A model generated the notes under the pieces. It had not been told where the DNA came from, made no database searches, and saw only the letters and a program-made list of their open reading frames with translations. 64,000 nt of DNA from Deltaproteobacteria bacterium (GTDB lineage: Bacteria; Myxococcota_A; UBA9160; UBA4427), in the NCBI GenBank assembly GCA_019310385.1, contig JAFDEK010000004.1:476-64475 (forward strand). The letters run 5' to 3'. A program made the position numbers and the translations under genes. Below are positions 1 through 7,393 of this stretch, piece by piece. Each line of letters starts with the position of its first letter. The stretch's first letter is position 1.

Positions 1-274
1 TAGCTCGTAGGGCATGTCCGTGGCGCTCGCGATCACCGCGTAACCCGCGGCCTTCTCGAGCTTCGCCTTCTCGCCCGGCCGCTCTTGCTCGACCGCCGCC
101 ACGGCCCGACCCCGGGTCATGAGCGCATGGGAGCGCTTGGCTTGTTTGCTCCTCGGAGCGATGCCTTCGCAACCAACCGAAGCGACCAGCAAGGCCAGAA
201 CGAGGACTCCGGCCAGGGGGGCGGAGATCTCGTTCTGGAGCTGGGAAGGGCCGGGGCGATTCATGCTGGCTCCG
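1..274 (-). CDS. putative lipoprotein, N-terminal fragment (gene continues past window edge)
   Basis: The minus-strand ATG at 274 reads MNRPGPSQLQNEISAPLAGVLVLALLVASVGCEG..., a signal peptide plus lipobox-like VGC. The frame stays open to position 1 with high third-position GC. It is missing from the ORF track because there is no stop in the window. Confidence 0.4.
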
Positions 275-508
275 TGGCTCCGTAGTTTCGGGGACCCGAC
301 TGCGCAGGAGTTCAGGGCGGCGCCCACTATAGCGACGGAGCGGCGGCGGGGCTCGGTTCTCGAGGCCGGTACGAAGATTCGGCGCCGGGCACGAGGCAGC
401 TTCCCATCCCGGGGTTCGGGTGTCATGATACCGACAGGGGTCCGGGTCTGTGCTTCTCCCACAGGGAGCCACACGCCCCTGAGCCAACCTTGGAGGCTCT
501 CGGATTTC

Positions 509-904
509 GTGACGAGTCAAGAAAGCTTTGGGAGTCTCTGCCAGCGGGTCTGCGACACCCGGGGCTGGGAGCTGCAGCCGACCGGCGTCGTATTACGCTT
601 GGGCGACGGGCGGCACCAGGTCGTCTCTCTGGAGATATTCGAGTACCAGGACGAGAAGCTGGTGCGTCTGCTCAGCGAAATCGGGAGCGCGGAGGAGCTG
701 GGAAGGGAACGGCTCACCATGGCGTTGAGCGCCAATGCCGAGCTTGCCCACGGTGCTCTCGCGTTCAGGGACGGTCAGCTCTGCATGACCGATACCCTCA
801 TGCTGGAAGACATCGAGACGGAGCAGCTCGAGGCCGCCATCTCGTATCTCGCCGAGACCGCCGACTTCTACGAGCGGAGCATCTTCGGAACCGACGAGCA
901 CTAA
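509..904 (+). CDS. small acidic protein, YbjN / secretion-chaperone-like fold (hypothetical)
   Basis: This is the C-terminal ~130 aa of ORF 119..904, starting at an in-frame GTG at 509. The tail ...DTLMLEDIETEQLEAAISYLAETADFYERSIFG resembles the YbjN/CesT-like family. The upstream part of the ORF is an Arg/Pro-rich shadow. Confidence 0.4.
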   Translation: MTSQESFGSLCQRVCDTRGWELQPTGVVLRLGDGRHQVVSLEIFEYQDEKLVRLLSEIGSAEELGRERLTMALSANAELAHGALAFRDGQLCMTDTLMLEDIETEQLEAAISYLAETADFYERSIFGTDEH

Positions 905-934
905 CCCCGCAGCACCGCGGCGAGTCCGGCTCGC

Positions 935-1498
935 TCAGGCCCGCCCGCGTGATTCTCCGCGAACGAGGGCGCGAGCGATCAGGTGGGCCAGCCGCAGCGG
1001 CTCGGGCCACCGGGCTTTGTGGAGGGTGGCTTGCAGCAGCCGCCGGGCCGCCTCCGGCTCGACGCCGGCGGCCGCAAGGTAGAGTCCTTCGTCGATTCGC
1101 GCGGCGGGCGGCGTTCGCTCGAGGATTTCCAGGCGCTCTGGCAGCCCTGCGGCGTGCAGCGCCTCCCGCAGCTGGCTCCGCCCCGGGTCCTTGCGGTTGA
1201 CGACGAGCACCGGTCGCTCGAGGCGCGCCGCCACGGCCGCGATGTCGACGATCCCCAGTCCGCCGATGGTGATCCCGCCCAGCATGAGGGCTTGGGTGGA
1301 GGCGTGGAAACGCAGCCCCGAGATCCAATCGACGATGAAGTCGGTGGCGTCGGCACCGTCCACCTCCATGGAGTGGATCGCGACGCCCTCGGTGAGATCC
1401 GCCCCTTCCATCATTACGGCGACGACCGGTACCGGGTCGCTCTGCCCCTTGGAGAAGGGGCCGTCGTCGATGCCGATCACATGCGGGCGTCGGGTCAT
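935..1498 (-). CDS. DUF99 (UPF0215) family protein, endonuclease-V-like fold
   Basis: An internal ATG at 1498 gives MTRRPHVIGIDDGPFSKG..., with the GIDDGPF signature of DUF99. The longer ORF 935..1831 is an upstream shadow. The start overlaps the upstream gene's stop (ATGA). Confidence 0.7.
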   Translation of the reverse strand: MTRRPHVIGIDDGPFSKGQSDPVPVVAVMMEGADLTEGVAIHSMEVDGADATDFIVDWISGLRFHASTQALMLGGITIGGLGIVDIAAVAARLERPVLVVNRKDPGRSQLREALHAAGLPERLEILERTPPAARIDEGLYLAAAGVEPEAARRLLQATLHKARWPEPLRLAHLIARALVRGESRGRA

Positions 1499-2130
1499 CT
1501 CTCGAGCTCGCGCGCTGTCGTCTCGCCGGGGCCGCTGGCCCGTTCGGATAGCAGCTTCTCCAGGAGCCCCTCCATGCGCTGGATGTGGGAGCCCGCCCAG
1601 TACACGCGATCGCAGTGCGTACAGCGCTGGAAGCGGTCGTGGCGCGCGAGTACGCGCGCGGGGACCTGACCGTCGACTTCTCCTCTCGACGCGGCTACCA
1701 GGGGCGCGTTGCAGCGATTGCAACGCGTGAAGGGGCGGGCGGCGCCGCCCAGATCGAAGGCCTCGACAACTTCGCGCAGCTGCTCGAAGGGACGCTCGGC
1801 CGCAACCACGTAGACGCCCGAAACCCGCCACTCCAGCGGCAGGGCACGATCGCGGGTGAGGATCTGCCGTCCCTGCTCGACAGCGCGCCGGGCCAGCTCG
1901 CCGTCGGCGATGTGTGCCTCGTAGGCGACATCGAAGCCGAGAATGCGCAGCCAGCGCGCGAGACGGCCCAGCATCGCGTCGGCGAAGAAGCGGGGCGGCG
2001 ACCCGCCATCCACGCCCCGGACCCGGACTTCGAGCCCCACCCGTCGTCCGCAGGTGCAGTGGATCGTGCGGCCGAACGCGAATAGCGCGACGTCGTACTC
2101 CCGGTCACACCCCGGACAGGGAACTCCCAT
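1495..2130 (-). CDS. Mut7-C (DUF82) PIN-like RNase domain protein with N- and C-terminal zinc ribbons
   Basis: The N-terminus has CPGC...CTC. The core reads FFADAMLGRLARWLRILGFDV. The C-terminal ribbon is CNRCN...CTHCDRVYWAGSH, typical of Mut7-C. Confidence 0.7.
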   Translation of the reverse strand: MGVPCPGCDREYDVALFAFGRTIHCTCGRRVGLEVRVRGVDGGSPPRFFADAMLGRLARWLRILGFDVAYEAHIADGELARRAVEQGRQILTRDRALPLEWRVSGVYVVAAERPFEQLREVVEAFDLGGAARPFTRCNRCNAPLVAASRGEVDGQVPARVLARHDRFQRCTHCDRVYWAGSHIQRMEGLLEKLLSERASGPGETTARELER

Positions 2131-2221
2131 GACCCTTCCTCGACCCTGGGGCGACGCGATTTCCGGCCCGGAACCCGCCCCTCGATGCGCGGCCCGGGCC
2201 GTGTGTCCCCATCCCGGGTCA

Positions 2222-2230
2222 TGATACTAT
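2222..2230 (+). promoter_or_regulatory. possible extended -10 promoter element (TGATACTAT) for the HMA gene
   Basis: This is a rare AT-rich patch in GC-rich DNA. TGnTACTAT lies about 40 nt upstream of the ATG at 2270, and AAGGAG sits 7 nt before that ATG. No convincing -35 is present. Confidence 0.25.
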
Positions 2231-2269
2231 TTCGCGGTGCGATTGAATTGTGTTCCAAGGAGTCCACCG

Positions 2270-2560
2270 ATGATTCGAAGAAGTTTTCTGCTCGGCCTGC
2301 TGGCTGTGCTCTTCGCCGCGACCGCAGCCGCGGCGCCGGTGACCTACGTCCTGCAGACGCCCGGCATCGTCTGAGGTGGCACCTCCGCGAAGGCCCGTGC
2401 GGCCGTCAAGCAGGTAGAAGGGGTGAGCCAGGTCGAGACCGACATGGATCACCACACGGTGACGGTGGGTTTCGACGACGGGGTGGCCTCCCTGGACCAG
2501 ATCGTCGGCGCGCTCAACGACGCCGGCTACGTGGTGAAGGAGCGTCGGGAGATTCCTTGA
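2270..2560 (+). CDS. secreted MerP/CopZ-like heavy-metal-associated (HMA) domain protein with in-frame TGA (candidate selenocysteine, otherwise a pseudogene)
   Basis: AAGGAG RBS, then MIRRSFLLGLLAVLFAATAAAAPVTYVLQTPGIV-TGA-GGTSAKARAAVKQVEGVSQVETDMDHHTVTVGFDDGVASLDQIVGALNDAGYVVKERREIP. The TGA (2372-2374) sits exactly where the first Cys of the GMTCxxC metal loop belongs. The same frame continues as a complete HMA fold. Confidence 0.5.
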
Positions 2561-2678
2561 TCCGGGCGGGCGTTGCGGACGCGGCGCGCGCGCCGGCGCT
2601 TGGCCCCGAGCCGGCAAGGTCGCAGGCCCGGAAAGGTCGCAGGCCCGGCGGGGTCGAGCAGCCAGGAGTGGCGAGTCC

Positions 2679-3026
2679 ATGGCGGAGAGCGGCTGGAAGG
2701 TGTTCGATCTCGAAGAGCTCTTGCAAAAGAAGAGCTCGATCGAGGCGCCCTATCTCGAGTTTCTGCGTGTCCCCGCCTTGAGCTGCGGTGTATTCACTCT
2801 GAAGGCCGGCTCCAGGGACATGCAGAATCCCCACGATGAGGATGAGGTCTATTATGTCGTGAGCGGGTGCGCCCGGGTGCGGGTCGGAGAGGAGGAGCGT
2901 GCGGTCCGATCGGGCTCGATCCTCTACATCCGCGCCACCGCGGAGCATTCCTTCTTCGAGATCGAGGAGGACATGACCATGCTCGTCTTCTTCGCCTCGG
3001 GGGGTCCCAGCGACGACAACGAATGA
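2679..3026 (+). CDS. cupin domain protein
   Basis: 115 aa. HDEDEVYYVVSG...G..LYI.A...H matches the cupin motif 1/2 pattern. Confidence 0.8.
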   Translation: MAESGWKVFDLEELLQKKSSIEAPYLEFLRVPALSCGVFTLKAGSRDMQNPHDEDEVYYVVSGCARVRVGEEERAVRSGSILYIRATAEHSFFEIEEDMTMLVFFASGGPSDDNE

Positions 3027-3108
3027 GCGCGCGGCCTTGGTGCCGCGCCGGCAACGATGCTCGAGAGTGACGCGCCCGGCGGGCGATCGATCACGGAGGT
3101 TCCAGAAC

Positions 3109-3612
3109 GTGGACAGCAATGCCAAGAAGACCGCCTTGCGGATGATTCCCTACGGCTTGTACGTGTTGACCGCCGGCTCCGAAGACGGACGCGTCGCCGC
3201 GGCGACGGTCAACTGGGTCACCCAGGCCTCCTTCGAGCCGCCCCTCGTGGTGGTGGGCGTGAAGGCGGACTCCGAGACCCATGCCCTCATCAAGGACACC
3301 GGGAGCTTCGCGCTCAACGTGCTGGGGAAGGAGCAGCAGTCGCTAGCTTTCGCCTTCTTCAAGCCCGCACAGGTCGAGGGCAACACGATCAGCGGCGAGC
3401 CTTTCCGCACCGGCAAGAGCGGCGCGCCCTTGCTCGAGAACACTCCCGCCTTCGTGGAGTGCAATCTCGTGGGCAGCGTGGAGAAGGGCGACCACTCGGT
3501 CTTCGTTGGCGAGGTGGTGGAGGCTGGTGTCGCGGTGCAGCCGCCGGGACGCCCCGACCTCGCGACCCTGCACCTGAGCGACCTCGGCGAGAAGACTTTT
3601 TATGGCGGCTGA
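3109..3612 (+). CDS. flavin reductase-like (FMN-binding split-barrel) protein
   Basis: GTG at 3109 with GGAGG 9 nt upstream. The sequence ...MIPYGLYVLTAG..DGRVAAATVNWVTQASFEPPLVVVGV... is typical of the flavin reductase domain. The start is uncertain (ORF opens at 3037). Confidence 0.75.
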   Translation: MDSNAKKTALRMIPYGLYVLTAGSEDGRVAAATVNWVTQASFEPPLVVVGVKADSETHALIKDTGSFALNVLGKEQQSLAFAFFKPAQVEGNTISGEPFRTGKSGAPLLENTPAFVECNLVGSVEKGDHSVFVGEVVEAGVAVQPPGRPDLATLHLSDLGEKTFYGG

Positions 3613-3658
3613 GGGCTCTTGCCGCGGCTGAGGGCTCTAACCGCGGCTGAAGGCCGCG
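3607..3658. repeat. 19-bp tandem repeat (2.7 units) spanning the stop codon of the flavin reductase gene
   Basis: Units are GGCTGAGGGCTCTTGCCGC / GGCTGAGGGCTCTAACCGC / GGCTGAAGGCCGCG. Each unit carries a TGA. Confidence 0.8.
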
Positions 3659-3698
3659 CACCCGTTTCCAACCGATTCCGCGTCTCGAGGAGGAGTAA

Positions 3699-4145
3699 GT
3701 GGAGATCACTCAGCACCCTGCGTTTGCGACCTTTGCCTTCTGTGCAGCGTTTCTGGTGCTGAAGATGCTGGTCGTGGGTCACATCTCGGGCATCTGGCGC
3801 ATTCGGAAGCTCGCCTATCTGAATCCCGAGGATGCGAAGGCCTTCAGTCAGATCGAGGAAACCCGGCTGGAGGAGGATCCCGACATCGCGCGCACCCTGC
3901 GCGCCCATCGCAACGACCTCGAGAGCACCCTGCCCTTTCTCGCCATCGGGCTCGTCTACCTCGCCGTCGATCCCTCACCCGGTCTCGCCAAGGGGCTGAT
4001 CATTACCTTCACGGTATTCCGTACGCTCTTCTCGGTCTTCTACCTGGCCGCCATCCAGCCCTGGCGGTCCCTGAGCTTCATCGTGGGCGAGCTGTGTGTG
4101 ATCGTGATGCTGGGTCAGATATTCTGGTGGGCCGTCGCGGGCTGA
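3699..4145 (+). CDS. MAPEG family membrane protein (microsomal glutathione S-transferase-like)
   Basis: 148 aa with 4 predicted TM segments. It has the RAHRNDLE motif characteristic of MAPEG/MGST. GGAGGAG RBS, GTG start. Confidence 0.7.
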   Translation: MEITQHPAFATFAFCAAFLVLKMLVVGHISGIWRIRKLAYLNPEDAKAFSQIEETRLEEDPDIARTLRAHRNDLESTLPFLAIGLVYLAVDPSPGLAKGLIITFTVFRTLFSVFYLAAIQPWRSLSFIVGELCVIVMLGQIFWWAVAG

Positions 4146-4195
4146 AGCCGTCCGCCTGCCTGCCTGCCTGTCGCTACGTCTCGTAAGGGAGAGCC

Positions 4196-4417
4196 GTGAA
4201 CGAGCCCCGCGACCCCAACGCTCCCTTGCGCGGTCCGACCTTCGCGGTCGTGGCGCCGGCGCTCGGGGTGGTGGTCGTCCTCATCGTCCTGGCCTTGCGT
4301 AGCTGTGCGCCGTCGGGCTCGCAGGAGGCCGAGGTCCCCGAACTGGGTCGCCTCGTGTCTCCCGCCGCCCTCGAGCTGGCCGCGCGCGAGCGGACAGCGG
4401 GATCCGTCATCCCGTGA
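4196..4417 (+). CDS. small single-TM hypothetical protein
   Basis: 73 aa with one hydrophobic helix (FAVVAPALGVVVVLIVLAL). Its stop overlaps the next gene's start. No recognisable family. Confidence 0.3.
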   Translation: MNEPRDPNAPLRGPTFAVVAPALGVVVVLIVLALRSCAPSGSQEAEVPELGRLVSPAALELAARERTAGSVIP

Positions 4418-4935
4418 GGCGAGCCCGAGCCCCCGTGGCGGCTTCTGCGTCGGCCGGGCTGCTGGTCCTGGTCGCCCTCGTCGCCCTGCCGCTGCTCCGC
4501 GCCGACGCCCAGGTGGTCCCGGCCGAGCAGGAGATCCTGCCCCTCGCCGAGGCAGACCGGAAGCGCCTCGAAAAACAGCGCGACCGGGTGGCCGAGCTGG
4601 CGCGTCGCCACATCGGAACTCCCACCGGCGGCGGCGCCACGAGCGATCTGCGCATTCTCCAGGAGCTCATCGACAGCAAGGTGGTACGCCGCGACCAGGT
4701 CTACGATCTCCAGGCCATGGGGGTGGTGCTGGGGGACGTCATGGTCCAGAACCTCGGCCTCCACTGGGTTGTGGTCGTGGACCGATACGGGCGCAGCCGT
4801 GCCCTGCGCAGCCCCCAGCGCGACGATCTCGTCTTTCCCGTCACCATGATCTCGAAGCGCGTCGTGGCGGGGGTGCCGGTGGAGGTGCGCAAGCTCTACG
4901 AGTCCATTGCGGCTTCTTTCGCGAGTCCGGGCTGA
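4414..4935 (+). CDS. secreted DUF3806-like protein
   Basis: Signal peptide, then ...AMGVVLGDVMVQNLGLHWVVVVDRYGRSRALRSPQRDDLVFPVTMISKRV, which resembles the DUF3806 core as I remember it. Confidence 0.5.
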   Translation: MRRARAPVAASASAGLLVLVALVALPLLRADAQVVPAEQEILPLAEADRKRLEKQRDRVAELARRHIGTPTGGGATSDLRILQELIDSKVVRRDQVYDLQAMGVVLGDVMVQNLGLHWVVVVDRYGRSRALRSPQRDDLVFPVTMISKRVVAGVPVEVRKLYESIAASFASPG

Positions 4936-4983
4936 GCGCCGGGGTCACGCCGACACGCCGCTGACAGCGCCTCGTTGCCGCAC

Positions 4984-5295
4984 TCAGCGGAGGATGCGGA
5001 AGGCCTCGGCCCGAGGGCTTCCCGCCCCTTCGACCTCTTCGGGCGGAGCGACCTCCTCGAGCGGGGCGACCTCGCAGGCTTCGACCCGGGCGTGCTCGGG
5101 CCCGCACTTCACGAATTCCAGGGCGGCGAGGACCGCGGCCTTCGCACCTACGAGCTCGGCCTCGACGCGGCCGTCGGGCAGGTTGCGCACCCAGCCCTGC
5201 AGCCCCAGCTCCTCGGCGCAGCGGCGCGTGGACTCCCGGAACCAGACCCCCTGCACTCGGCCCGAGACGACGACGCGGGTGCGGACCCGCCTCAT
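4984..5295 (-). CDS. acyP: acylphosphatase
   Basis: VVSGRVQGVWFRESTRRCAEELGLQGWVRNLPDGRVE is the canonical acylphosphatase signature. Confidence 0.85.
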   Translation of the reverse strand: MRRVRTRVVVSGRVQGVWFRESTRRCAEELGLQGWVRNLPDGRVEAELVGAKAAVLAALEFVKCGPEHARVEACEVAPLEEVAPPEEVEGAGSPRAEAFRILR

Positions 5296-5435
5296 TCCGC
5301 GCTCCAGCTCGGCGCCACGGCGGCCACCATGGCGAGATCGCTCTCGCGCACTTTCTGCATGTCGAACTTCCGGGCCTTCTTCGCTGCCTGCTTCCTCGCC
5401 GGCGCCTCTCGCGCGGCCTTCTTCTTCACCGCCAT
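5292..5435 (-). CDS. possible small basic protein (47 aa) translationally coupled to acyP
   Basis: Reads MAVKKKAAREAPARKQAAKKARKFDMQKVRESDLAMVAAVAPSWSAE. Its TGA overlaps the acyP ATG (ATGA). It is below the ORF-track length cutoff and has no family recognised. Confidence 0.2.
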   Translation of the reverse strand: MAVKKKAAREAPARKQAAKKARKFDMQKVRESDLAMVAAVAPSWSAE

Positions 5436-5521
5436 GCCGTCACCGCCCTGCCCCGTGACATCGAGTCTAGCGGCCTCGATCCCGGCTCTCCCCCCGCGTA
5501 ATCCGGGCTAGTCTCCTGCGC

Positions 5522-7393
5522 GTGGAAGCCCAGCACGCCACCTTCTCCCTGGTGACTGCCGCCGCGGCGGGCATGGTGGCCCAGATTGCCGCCCGGCACC
5601 TCCGCATACCGGGGATCGTCGTGCTGCTCGCCGCGGGCGCCGCCCTCGGGCCGGATCTCCTGGGCTGGGTGCAGCCGCGCGACCTCGGAAGCGGGTTGTT
5701 CGCCATCGTGGACATCGCGGTGGCGGTGATCCTCTTCGAGGGCGGCCTCAACCTGCGCATCTCGCAGCTGCGACGCGAGCAGGCGGCCATCCGCCGCCTC
5801 GTTACCTGGGGCGCCCTCGTGACCCTCGCGGGTGGCAGCGCGGCCGCCCACCTGTTGCTGGGCTGGGGCTGGCAGCAGGCGATCCTCTTCGGAAGCCTGG
5901 TCACCGTCACCGGACCCACGGTGGTGGGGCCCTTGATCTCGGAGCTGCGCCTCAAGACGCGACCGGCCACGGTGCTCGAGGCCGAGGGCGTCCTCATCGA
6001 CCCGATCGGTGCGATCCTGGCGGTGCTGGTTCTCTCCATCGCCCTCGAGCCCGAAGCCGGTGCGCTGGCCGGGGGCCAGGATCTCGCGACGCGGGTGGGT
6101 GTCGGGCTGGTGGCGGGTGTCGCGGCCGCCTACGCGCTGGCGGGCCTGCTGAAGGCGCAGCGGATCCTTCCCGAGGAGTACGTCAACGTATTCGTACTGG
6201 CCGCAGTGCTGCTCCTCTTCCAGGGCTGCGAAGAGCTGGTGTCGCACAGCGGGATCCTGGCCGTCACGGTGGCGGGCGTGGTGCTCGGGAACCTGCCGGC
6301 CGCCGTCGATCGCGACCTGCGCGAGTTCAAGGACCAGCTCACGGTTCTCCTGATCGGCCTCCTCTTCGTTCTGCTCGCCGCTGACGTGCGCTTTGCCGAG
6401 CTCTACGATCTCGGCTGGATGGGTCTCGGGGTGGTGGCTGTGCTGGTCGTGGTCGTGCGGCCGCTGGGCGTGTGGCTCTGCACCCTGGGCACCGAGCTCA
6501 GTCTGCGCGAGCGGCTCTTCATTGCTTGGGTCGCGCCGCGGGGCATCGTGGCCGCAGCCGTCGCCTCCCTGGTCGCCAGCGCCCTCGAGAGCAGCGGTAT
6601 CCCGGGTGGCGGCGAGATCCGGGCGATGGTCTTCGTTACCGTCGCGGGAACCGTGACCCTGGCCGGGCTCACGGCGGCGCCCGTGGCGGGCTGGCTCGGT
6701 GTGCGGCTGCCCGGCCGTGACACGGTCGCGATCCTCGGCGCTGGGCAGCTCGGGCTGGCCCTGGCGAGGGAGCTGCACAGCGCAGGTACGCCCGTGGTGT
6801 TCATCGACTCGAATCCGCAGAACTGTCGGCACGTCGAAGAGGCGGGCTTCGTGGTCGTGTACGGCAACGCGCTGCGTGAGCAGACCCTGCGTCGCGCGCG
6901 CATCGAGCGGGTCGAGAGCGTCGTTGCGCTCACCGCCAACGACACCTTGAACGGTGTCTTCGTCGAGCGCGCAAGAACGCTATTCGGTGTACCCCGCAGC
7001 CTGGTGGCGGCCGGTCGCGTGGACACCGGCCTGGTTGCCGAGGTGGTGGAGCGGCGCGAGACCAACGCGCTCTTCGAGGGGCCCCACGACGTCGAGCGTT
7101 GGGACGGGCGACTACGGGGCGGAGAGGTGGAGATCCAGCACTGGACTCTGGGCGAGGGGGAGTCGGACGGGGAATCGGACGGGGAATCGGAGGGGGACAG
7201 GGAGACCTTCCCCCAGCCTGCGGAGGTGGGGGAGCGCTTCGTCGTGCTCACGCTGCGCCGGGGCGAGAGCGCCTTTCCCATGTCGGCCGGCAGTACCCCC
7301 CGGCCCGGCGATGTCGCGACGGTCGCGGTGTACTTGCCGGAGCGGGAGCGGGTGGCCTCCATGCTCCGGGAGCGGGGCTGGGAGCCGGCATGA
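5522..7393 (+). CDS. cation:proton antiporter (CPA1-type Na+/H+ exchanger) fused to RCK/TrkA-N and TrkA-C-like domains
   Basis: About 12 TM segments in the N-terminal 400 aa. The Rossmann motif TVAILGAGQLGLALARELHSAG follows. Confidence 0.85.
   Translation: MEAQHATFSLVTAAAAGMVAQIAARHLRIPGIVVLLAAGAALGPDLLGWVQPRDLGSGLFAIVDIAVAVILFEGGLNLRISQLRREQAAIRRLVTWGALVTLAGGSAAAHLLLGWGWQQAILFGSLVTVTGPTVVGPLISELRLKTRPATVLEAEGVLIDPIGAILAVLVLSIALEPEAGALAGGQDLATRVGVGLVAGVAAAYALAGLLKAQRILPEEYVNVFVLAAVLLLFQGCEELVSHSGILAVTVAGVVLGNLPAAVDRDLREFKDQLTVLLIGLLFVLLAADVRFAELYDLGWMGLGVVAVLVVVVRPLGVWLCTLGTELSLRERLFIAWVAPRGIVAAAVASLVASALESSGIPGGGEIRAMVFVTVAGTVTLAGLTAAPVAGWLGVRLPGRDTVAILGAGQLGLALARELHSAGTPVVFIDSNPQNCRHVEEAGFVVVYGNALREQTLRRARIERVESVVALTANDTLNGVFVERARTLFGVPRSLVAAGRVDTGLVAEVVERRETNALFEGPHDVERWDGRLRGGEVEIQHWTLGEGESDGESDGESEGDRETFPQPAEVGERFVVLTLRRGESAFPMSAGSTPRPGDVATVAVYLPERERVASMLRERGWEPA
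7160..7195 (+). repeat. 12-bp coding microsatellite (ESDG x3) in the antiporter C-terminal tail
   Basis: gagtcggacggg gaatcggacggg gaatcggagggg. Confidence 0.8.
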
